Source: Armatimonadota bacterium
GTDB lineage: Bacteria; Armatimonadota; HRBIN16
Reading direction: 5' to 3'
Assembly: GCA_963677485.1 (NCBI GenBank)
Contig: OY781964.1
Coordinates: forward strand, 4,512,696-4,576,695
Length of the DNA: 64,000 nucleotides
Position 1 is the stretch's first letter, and each line of letters opens with the position of its first letter. The translations under genes were made by a program, and so were the position numbers. Shown here in pieces: positions 57,059 through 64,000 of this stretch. Under the pieces are notes generated by a model, which saw only the letters and a program-made list of their open reading frames with translations, made no database searches and was not told the origin of the DNA.

Positions 57059-58591
57059 ATGCCATCAGGGGATGTCATCAAAACCGAATACGTGCTGGAA
57101 ATGCGGGGGATTAACAAAGAGTTCCCTGGTGTGAAGGCACTTCAGGATGTCAGTCTCAGCCTGCGTGCAGGCGAGGTACACGCTCTGATCGGTGAGAACG
57201 GTGCTGGAAAATCGACACTCATCAAGATACTGGCGGGTGCTCTACACGCCACATCGGGTGAGATTGTGATGAACGGCCATCCTGTTCATATTGAATCCCC
57301 TGTCGACGCCATGCAGATGGGTATCAGCGTGATCTATCAAGAGCTGATGCTGATACCCCATATGACGGTTGCCGAAAACATCTATCTTGGCAGGGAACCC
57401 AAAACCAGGCTGGGTACTGTCGATTTTTCAGAGATGCGCCAGCAGGCACAAAAGCATCTAGACAGGCTGAGTGCTGGCTTTTCTGCGAATAGGTTGGTGG
57501 CTGACCTTAATATCGCGCAGCAGCAGATCGTGGAGATAGCGAAAGCGGTCTCTCACGAAGTTTCTGTGCTGGTAATGGACGAACCGACGGCGTCGCTGAC
57601 CGATCGCGAGATCGTGAAGCTGTTTGAACTGATCGCCGACCTGAAATCGCAGGGCGTGAGTATCGTGTATATCTCGCACCGCATGGAGGAGATATTCCAG
57701 ATCGCTTCAGTAGTGACTGTCATGCGTGACGGGCAACACATCGGTACAGAACCAATGGAACAAATCACCATGGACCAACTGGTAAATATGATGGTGGGGC
57801 GTGAGCTTATATCGGGAGCTAACATACGCGATGTTGGCAGCCGTCCTGTAAGTTTGGAGTTGAAGTCCGTGTGCAGCGATAAGGTGAAGAATATCTCCTT
57901 GAAACTTGGCAAAGGCGAAATACTGGGACTGGCGGGGTTGGTAGGTGCGGGGCGAAGTGAGGTGGCCCGAGCGATATTCGGCGCCGATGCGATGACTAGC
58001 GGAGAGATACTGGTAGACGGAGTGCCAGTGCAGATCAAGTGTCCGTCAGATGCGATCGAACACGGCATCGGGTTTGTGACCGAAGACCGTAAATCGCTGG
58101 GGCTAGTTTTACCGATGTCTGTGCGTGAAAATACCACACTCGCCAATCTGGGGAGATACACCAAAGGGTTGTTTGTTAATCGGGCGAAGGAGACCAAAGA
58201 CTCGCAGGAGCTTGCCGAATCACTGCGAACGAAAATCACCGGCGTGGAGATGGAGACCGGGCACCTGAGCGGAGGCAACCAGCAAAAGGTAGTGCTGGCA
58301 AAGTGGCTTTGCCGTCAGTGTCAGATTTTGATTTTCGATGAGCCGACCCGCGGGATCGACGTGGCAGCGAAGGCGGAAATCTATGAGCTGATCAGGCATC
58401 TGGCCGATACCGGTGTGAGTATACTTGTGATTTCGTCGGAGCTGCCTGAGGTGCTGCTGCTATGTGAACGCATCATCGTGATGCACGAGGGCAAGATCAC
58501 TGGTGAGCTGAGCAGACAGGAAGCCACTCAGGAGAAAATATTGTCGCTGGCTATGAACCTGGAAAATCAGGTGTTTTCTGCAGGTGTATAA
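57059..58591 (+). CDS. Sugar ABC transporter ATP-binding protein with duplicated NBDs (RbsA-like)
   Basis: Two Walker A motifs (GENGAGKST and GLVGAGRSE) and two signature/Walker B regions. 510 aa. Confidence 0.85.
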   Translation: MPSGDVIKTEYVLEMRGINKEFPGVKALQDVSLSLRAGEVHALIGENGAGKSTLIKILAGALHATSGEIVMNGHPVHIESPVDAMQMGISVIYQELMLIPHMTVAENIYLGREPKTRLGTVDFSEMRQQAQKHLDRLSAGFSANRLVADLNIAQQQIVEIAKAVSHEVSVLVMDEPTASLTDREIVKLFELIADLKSQGVSIVYISHRMEEIFQIASVVTVMRDGQHIGTEPMEQITMDQLVNMMVGRELISGANIRDVGSRPVSLELKSVCSDKVKNISLKLGKGEILGLAGLVGAGRSEVARAIFGADAMTSGEILVDGVPVQIKCPSDAIEHGIGFVTEDRKSLGLVLPMSVRENTTLANLGRYTKGLFVNRAKETKDSQELAESLRTKITGVEMETGHLSGGNQQKVVLAKWLCRQCQILIFDEPTRGIDVAAKAEIYELIRHLADTGVSILVISSELPEVLLLCERIIVMHEGKITGELSRQEATQEKILSLAMNLENQVFSAGV

Positions 58592-60000
58592 TGAAGTTGA
58601 TGCTGCTTCCAGGCAGCACAACGGAGTATCTCGTGATTTTGTATTCGCTTGTGTTGCTTGTGGCCGCCGTTCCAGTCGTGATCAAGCCGCACCTACCACA
58701 ACCACCTAAAGTCCAAGCACCGAAGACAGTTGTATCTGACCAAATTACATTTGGCGAAACTCGCGCGGTTTATGGGCGGTATGGCTTGCGCTCCTCTCTT
58801 GATGGGACGACTCTATTACACTCCGAAACACGCGCAACTCTTAACAACAGCGTAGAATTCGTCAGGGGCCGTAGTTTACCTCGCTTTGACAATGTCTGGG
58901 ATAATGGTGCCGTCGACCTGGTGGAGCGTGATTTTACTGGTTTGCGATGGAATGCTGCCCCCAGCAAGGCGAACAGTTATAGCGTTAACGCATACACGGC
59001 GTGCGACGATTATAAAGAAGGCAAGTATCTCAAATCGAACGAATACCAGTACGCCTCCCTCACCACGAATAACCGACTTAGCAATACCCTCAGCTTGTCC
59101 ACCGATCACGCTTACACAAGCTACCGCATGAGCAAAAACACCACCAAAGCAAAGAGCAACGGTGTGGCTATGCGGTATCTGCTCACCCAGGCAACCAAGA
59201 CAGGCGGCTGGAGCCTCGAATACGAGCGTGTGGATCCCAGCTTTTCATCCAAACTGGGTAACACCATCTCGGATAGGGAACGATACCGTGCCTCTCGCGA
59301 ACTGACTAGTGTGAACTCGACATGGGCACTAAGCGGAGTGTATTACCATAATAACGTCGGGAACGGTAAATCCAACACCATACATGACTACACAGTAGAG
59401 CTCCGAAAAGATCAAAAGTCGCTGTTCAAACGTCCTAATTCGGTTGGCAGTATCACGCTGCGTCATCATACATACAACGGTCCGGCAAGCCTGGATGAAA
59501 CATCCATTTCGACTGTATGGAAAGATAAGCTGGGCGATACGACTATTCAAGCCGTCGTATCAGGTCTCCTGTATGCGCCTGGACAAGAGACTCAGAAGCT
59601 GACGACCACAACGAGTATCACCGCTTCATCTGTACTGCTGAAAAAGGGATGGAGATGGCGTCCCGCAGTCACCTTTGGCAACCGCCAGAACCGAAATGAT
59701 CTATATGAATCCAATGACGTGATCTCGAATTACGCTGTGAGCATTGGGGCCGATCATATCAAATCCGGCTGGACCGCTGATGTGGCCGTGGGTTACCGAA
59801 CTCGCGATCGAGCGGCGTATGATCAGAACGACCAACATCAATATGCGAACATCGCGGTCAGCTATAAACCGACATGGATGCTTTTTGGTGGTAAAGCGGC
59901 GTTTAGTGTCAAGTGGTTGACGAACAACTATGAGTTACCAAGCCTAAAAATGCAGACGGATCAAGAGCTGTGGATCAGCAGCCTGACGTTAAAGTTCTAG
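58591..60000 (+). CDS. Putative outer-membrane beta-barrel protein, translationally coupled to the ABC ATPase gene
   Basis: N-terminal hydrophobic signal. Alternating amphipathic beta-strand pattern throughout. The C-terminal ...SLTLKF ends in an aromatic residue, as in OMP barrels. The start overlaps the upstream stop (TAATG). Confidence 0.45.
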   Translation: MKLMLLPGSTTEYLVILYSLVLLVAAVPVVIKPHLPQPPKVQAPKTVVSDQITFGETRAVYGRYGLRSSLDGTTLLHSETRATLNNSVEFVRGRSLPRFDNVWDNGAVDLVERDFTGLRWNAAPSKANSYSVNAYTACDDYKEGKYLKSNEYQYASLTTNNRLSNTLSLSTDHAYTSYRMSKNTTKAKSNGVAMRYLLTQATKTGGWSLEYERVDPSFSSKLGNTISDRERYRASRELTSVNSTWALSGVYYHNNVGNGKSNTIHDYTVELRKDQKSLFKRPNSVGSITLRHHTYNGPASLDETSISTVWKDKLGDTTIQAVVSGLLYAPGQETQKLTTTTSITASSVLLKKGWRWRPAVTFGNRQNRNDLYESNDVISNYAVSIGADHIKSGWTADVAVGYRTRDRAAYDQNDQHQYANIAVSYKPTWMLFGGKAAFSVKWLTNNYELPSLKMQTDQELWISSLTLKF

Positions 60001-61133
60001 CTGCCGCTCGAATATGTCTCGGCAATCACTCCGCCACCCAGGCAATCGTCACCTCGGTAGATGACCATGCCCTGCCCAGGTACCACCAGAGCTACGGGTT
60101 GGCCAAACTGGACCATATCACCTGCCACACTCACTTCAAACATGCGGCCGTGATAGCGTGCGCATGCCATCAGCTGCTCCGAACCATCAGGGGGTGATCC
60201 GCCGATCCAGTTGATATCTGTCAACCGGCACGATGTGACCGGTGAAGGTCCGTCAGGACCTAAAACCAGCGTGTTGGAATCGAGATACTTGCCGACCACA
60301 AAAAGTGCTTCGCCACTGGCCACACCCAGTCCACGCCTCTGGCCAATTGTGTAGTTCCATAACCCTTCGTGTTTACCCAGAACCGTGCCATCTACATGCT
60401 TGATGGGGCCTGAACTGGTCTGGTTGCCTGTCTGGCGTTGGAGGAACCTTCGGTAGTCACCGTCGCTGATGAAACACAGCTCTTGCGAATCGGGTTTACG
60501 GCTGATCGGAACTCCATGTTCCGATGCCCAGTGACGGACATCCGCTTTCTTCCAGGTGCCTAGAGGGAACAGTATCGACTTGAGCTGAGCCTGGTTCAAT
60601 CCATACAGCATGTAGCTTTGGTCTTTACTTGTATCAACCGCACGCAGCATATGGATGCAATAATCGTGCATTTCGAGACGAACATAGTGCCCTGAGGCCA
60701 GGAAGTCGGCCTGAAGCGCCTCTTTGACTTGAAGCAGCTTAGGGAAGCGCACCAGAGCATTACACCGCAGGCATGGGCTGGGCGTGGTTGAGTTTAGGTA
60801 ACTTGCCACGAAAGGCTGAACAACCTTCTCCAAGAACGGCTCTTCGCTGTTGATCAAATAGAAGGGCACATTCAAAGCATGGCATAGCGAGCGGGCGTCA
60901 TCCACCGCGGATTCCGTGCAGCATCGGTTATCTGCTGGACTGTCACTGTCCAAAGCGGCTTCACTCCAGAACTTCAACATAACGCCGATGACCGCGTATC
61001 CCTGCTGCTTTAGCAGACAGGCGGCCACTGCGCTGTCGATCCCGCCGGACAACGCCACAACCACACTCTGGCCATTTGGCGGCTCGCAATCTAGCTTAAA
61101 CTGGCTCCAGTCGGTTAGCGTGCAGCACTCCAT
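59997..61133 (-). CDS. mnmA: tRNA-specific 2-thiouridylase
   Basis: PP-loop VVVALSGGIDSAVAACLLKQQGY and CFISDGDYRRFL motifs. Start at 61133 (MECCTL...) overlaps the iscS stop. Confidence 0.85.
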   Translation of the reverse strand: MECCTLTDWSQFKLDCEPPNGQSVVVALSGGIDSAVAACLLKQQGYAVIGVMLKFWSEAALDSDSPADNRCCTESAVDDARSLCHALNVPFYLINSEEPFLEKVVQPFVASYLNSTTPSPCLRCNALVRFPKLLQVKEALQADFLASGHYVRLEMHDYCIHMLRAVDTSKDQSYMLYGLNQAQLKSILFPLGTWKKADVRHWASEHGVPISRKPDSQELCFISDGDYRRFLQRQTGNQTSSGPIKHVDGTVLGKHEGLWNYTIGQRRGLGVASGEALFVVGKYLDSNTLVLGPDGPSPVTSCRLTDINWIGGSPPDGSEQLMACARYHGRMFEVSVAGDMVQFGQPVALVVPGQGMVIYRGDDCLGGGVIAETYSSGS

Positions 61134-62260
61134 TAGCGAAGTGCAGCCAGTCGACGTAGAGTCGACGAAATGACAGGCAGTGCCAACTCGAACTGCTGGT
61201 CTGTGAGGTATTCCCCAAAACTGAAACGCAGCGCGCCGGATGCTTGCGATGCCGATAAGCCCATAGCAAGATGCACCGCCGACGGGTTGCCCTGTCCGCT
61301 GGAGCAGGCACTGCCGCTTCCGGCGCATATTCCGACACCATCGAGTGCAGCCAGAGCGATATCCGCCTGTACGCCGTTCACTACACAGGAGACGTGGCCT
61401 GGCAAGCGCTGGTTAAGGTCGCCGGTCAACTTCACTTCAGATATTTCAGACAAGAGTTTGCTAAGAGTATGTCGCATTGAGATGAGCCGATCATTCTTGG
61501 CTGTTCGGTCGTGCAAGGCGTCGGCCAGAGCGGCCGTCATCCCTGCGATGCCCGGCACGTTCACGGTGCCAGAGCGGCGGCCAGCCTCCTGTCCACCTCC
61601 TGTCGATGGGGAGCGAAAGGGGGTGCCTCTTCGAATATAGAGAAACCCCACACCGATAGGGCCACCGAATTTATGGGCTGATGCTGCCATGATGTCAATT
61701 CCGCTCGTGTTGACATCCATAGGAAGATGGCCCATGGTTTGCACAGCATCCACAAACAACCGCATGTTGTTCTGTCGGGCTATATCGCGTGCATATGCCA
61801 GATCGCTTATTGTTCCCACTTCGTTATTGGCTTCCATGACACAAAGCAGCCCACCAGATGGCATGGTACTGGGTACCAACACCGGTGCGGCGGTCGATGT
61901 GACAGCTAAGGGATGATAGGTCCAGAAATCCCCAGCTTTGGCGGTCTTGTTGACAGCGGGGTGCTCAGCGATGGAAGCGGCTACATGCTGGCTCTCAGCC
62001 TCCATGGCCGCGACTGCGCCATGTATGGCCAGTTGGCAGCTTTCGGTGCCTCCTGAGGTGAATACTATTTCGTCTGGGTAGCAGCCTATCAGTTCCGAGG
62101 TGATGCGACGGTACTGTTCAAGCGCATTCTTAGCAGTCTGCCCATAGGCATGCAGACTGCTGCTGTTGCCGGTGATCCCCTGAAACCATGGGCGCATGGC
62201 CTGATACGCACAAGCACGCATCGGGTAGGTTGCAGAGGCATCGAAGTAGTACCTCTCCAT
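61133..62260 (-). CDS. iscS: Cysteine desulfurase (NifS/IscS family, PLP-dependent)
   Basis: PLP-lysine motif SAHKFGGPIGVGFLY and active-site Cys loop GSGSACSSG. 375 aa. Confidence 0.8.
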   Translation of the reverse strand: MERYYFDASATYPMRACAYQAMRPWFQGITGNSSSLHAYGQTAKNALEQYRRITSELIGCYPDEIVFTSGGTESCQLAIHGAVAAMEAESQHVAASIAEHPAVNKTAKAGDFWTYHPLAVTSTAAPVLVPSTMPSGGLLCVMEANNEVGTISDLAYARDIARQNNMRLFVDAVQTMGHLPMDVNTSGIDIMAASAHKFGGPIGVGFLYIRRGTPFRSPSTGGGQEAGRRSGTVNVPGIAGMTAALADALHDRTAKNDRLISMRHTLSKLLSEISEVKLTGDLNQRLPGHVSCVVNGVQADIALAALDGVGICAGSGSACSSGQGNPSAVHLAMGLSASQASGALRFSFGEYLTDQQFELALPVISSTLRRLAALR

Positions 62261-62263
62261 ACG

Positions 62264-63286
62264 CTATCCGATGTTGATCATGCGTTCAACTGCAGTATAT
62301 GCGCGAAGCCGAATCTCTTCTGGCACCACAATATCAACCTGTTCGGTTTGCAGGCATTTGAGGGTATCTTCCAGCGTAATCATGTTCATATGAGGGCAAC
62401 GGATGGAGCAGTAGCGCACCATCTCCTTGTCGGGGTTCTCAGCAGCGATGTTATCGCCCATGCTGCATTCGGTCAGCAAAAGGTACCGTGGAGCTTTCGT
62501 CTTGCGAACATATTCCACCATCTCATTCGTGCTTCCACTAAAGTCGCTGGCATCGCACACATCGGCGGGGCACTCTGGGTGAGCCAAAACAACTACACCT
62601 TCGAACTGCTTTCGCGCATTGATGATGTCTTCTACCGTAAATTTCTCGTGGACCTCGCAAGCTCCATTCCAGCCTATAATGTCGCCTTTACCGATAAACT
62701 CGAACTTCCCCCCACCGTGGGGCAAGATGATGCTTTTACCGGTCTGTTTGGCCACGTTAGTAGCCAGGTATTTGTCAGGTAAGAAGATGATGGTGTCAGT
62801 GTTTAACGACCTGACCACCGCAGCGGCGTTGCCGGATGTGCAGCAGACATCGGATTCGGCTTTCACGTCAGCATATGTGTTCACGTAGGTGACGACGGGT
62901 ACTCCCGGGAACAGCACACGAAGATTACGCACGTCTTCAGCGGTGATGCTTTCAGCAAGAGAGCATCCAGCTTTTTCTGCCGGAAGCAAGACCTTCTTGG
63001 TGGGGTTGAGTATCTTGGCGGTTTCCGCCATAAACTTCACGCCGCAGAAAACAATGATGTCTGCTTCTACTTTTGCGGCATCGCGCGATAGACCAAGTGA
63101 GTCACCGGTGTAGTCGGGAATCGAATAGTATAACGCGGGTTCCATATAGTTATGTGCCAGGATCACTGCGTTTTTTTCGGCCTTAACCCGCATGATCTCT
63201 TCCGCAATTTCAGACTTATATACTAACTCCGCATCCGGTACGATCCCGGTTAATTTGCTGCGAAGGCGTTCAAGCATAGTGGCCAT
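62264..63286 (-). CDS. nadA: Quinolinate synthase A
   Basis: AVILAHNYMEPALYYSIPDYTGDSLGL and FCGVKFMAETAKILNP are NadA signatures. Start chosen at MATMLERL (63286). Confidence 0.85.
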   Translation of the reverse strand: MATMLERLRSKLTGIVPDAELVYKSEIAEEIMRVKAEKNAVILAHNYMEPALYYSIPDYTGDSLGLSRDAAKVEADIIVFCGVKFMAETAKILNPTKKVLLPAEKAGCSLAESITAEDVRNLRVLFPGVPVVTYVNTYADVKAESDVCCTSGNAAAVVRSLNTDTIIFLPDKYLATNVAKQTGKSIILPHGGGKFEFIGKGDIIGWNGACEVHEKFTVEDIINARKQFEGVVVLAHPECPADVCDASDFSGSTNEMVEYVRKTKAPRYLLLTECSMGDNIAAENPDKEMVRYCSIRCPHMNMITLEDTLKCLQTEQVDIVVPEEIRLRAYTAVERMINIG

Positions 63287-63466
63287 TGGGCACTCCTGTA
63301 GGTGTTCATCTATCTTCATTGTACTGCAATTGGGCAGATACCTTAGAAATAGCCCATGGTTTTGTACTGCGATCACTGAGTAAATTGACACTGAAGGGCA
63401 GTGTAGATAGACTTTATACATACGCGAAGGAACCTGTGAATATACAATCCTGGGGGTTGACGACCG

Positions 63467-64000
63467 ATGCGGATGAATCGACGAGAGTTTTTAGCTAAGA
63501 CCGGTTTGACGACTCTAGCTGTTTTAGCGGGTTCACAACATGCACAAGCTGCTCGTGAATCCACAAATGTCGTGTTTATCCTATGTGATGATTTAGCATA
63601 TGGTGATTTGGGCTGTTATGGACAGAAGCTCATCCGTTCACCGAACATTGATCAGCTTGCGTCAGACGGGCTACGGTTTACCCATGGATACGCCTCTGCA
63701 TCCTGGTGCGCGCCATCACGCTGCAGCTTACTGACCGGTCTTCATCAGGGCCATGCCCGGGTACGCAATTCTGGCGGCAACCTCACTGCCCCAGACCTTT
63801 GTTTTCCAACCCAGCTGAAGAGCGCCGGGTACACCACAGCCCACATCGGAAAATGGGGTTTAGGGGTGCCTAATGCGGAACAGGGGAATTTGCCCGCTGA
63901 TAAGGGTTGTGATTATTTCATCGGGTTCACTGATCATATCCACGCCCATGATAACTTCCCGGATTTTGTGTGGCAGCAGCAGGGGAGCAGCCCAGCTCAA
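63467..64000 (+). CDS. Tat-exported Cys-type sulfatase (N-terminal fragment; continues beyond the window)
   Basis: Twin-arginine signal MRMNRREFLAKTGLTTLAVLAGSQHAQAA. Sulfatase motifs FILCDDLAYGDLGCYG and the CAPSR formylglycine site. Confidence 0.8.
   Translation, partial: MRMNRREFLAKTGLTTLAVLAGSQHAQAARESTNVVFILCDDLAYGDLGCYGQKLIRSPNIDQLASDGLRFTHGYASASWCAPSRCSLLTGLHQGHARVRNSGGNLTAPDLCFPTQLKSAGYTTAHIGKWGLGVPNAEQGNLPADKGCDYFIGFTDHIHAHDNFPDFVWQQQGSSPAQ

Noticed and set aside
1-64000. tRNA, rRNA and tmRNA genes
   Set aside because: No cloverleaf-compatible segments or rRNA-like conserved stretches were recognised. All sizeable non-coding gaps are accounted for by repeats, terminators or promoters.

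Overview
This 64 kb window looks like a glycan-degradation (CAZyme) island from a moderately GC-rich (~55%) diderm bacterium. There is no SusC/SusD pair. A Tat-exported Cys-type sulfatase and a dockerin-bearing protease are present, a combination common in PVC-group (Planctomycetes/Verrucomicrobia/Lentisphaerae) or similar glycan specialists, but the lineage cannot be assigned from sequence alone. Coding content, from the left: mscL; two paralogous large GH106-like hydrolases; a secreted papain-like protease carrying a type-I dockerin; two GH127-family proteins (one secreted, one cytoplasmic); a frameshifted alpha-galactosidase-like gene with an NPCBM domain; two clan GH-A-like hydrolases carrying discoidin domains; a URO-D/MtaA-family gene; an imuB-dnaE2 error-prone polymerase cassette without imuA; purM; a GH9 cellulase homolog with an odd internal hydrophobic insertion; a phosphate butyryl/acetyltransferase; three tandem signal-peptide-less right-handed beta-helix paralogs; GH43; a VOC protein; a DUF4838-like protein; a cytoplasmic GH38 alpha-mannosidase; a zwf-gnd operon; a ~1490-aa secreted LamG/malectin protein; a GH71/GH99-like hydrolase; a ribose-type sugar ABC importer translationally coupled to an outer-membrane beta-barrel gene; a nadA-iscS-mnmA operon; and the start of a Tat-signal sulfatase. 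No tRNA, rRNA or CRISPR was seen. The non-coding findings are: (i) a ~140-170 bp nested-inverted-repeat (MITE/REP-like) element family present in three intergenic copies, two of which precisely bracket the URO-D-family gene; (ii) a distinct 220 bp compound palindromic element between the GH9 and pta genes; (iii) an AT-rich island with a dyad operator candidate directly upstream of imuB. Start codons, family-level calls and all interpretations of the repeats are inferences from reading the sequence; no database searches were run.
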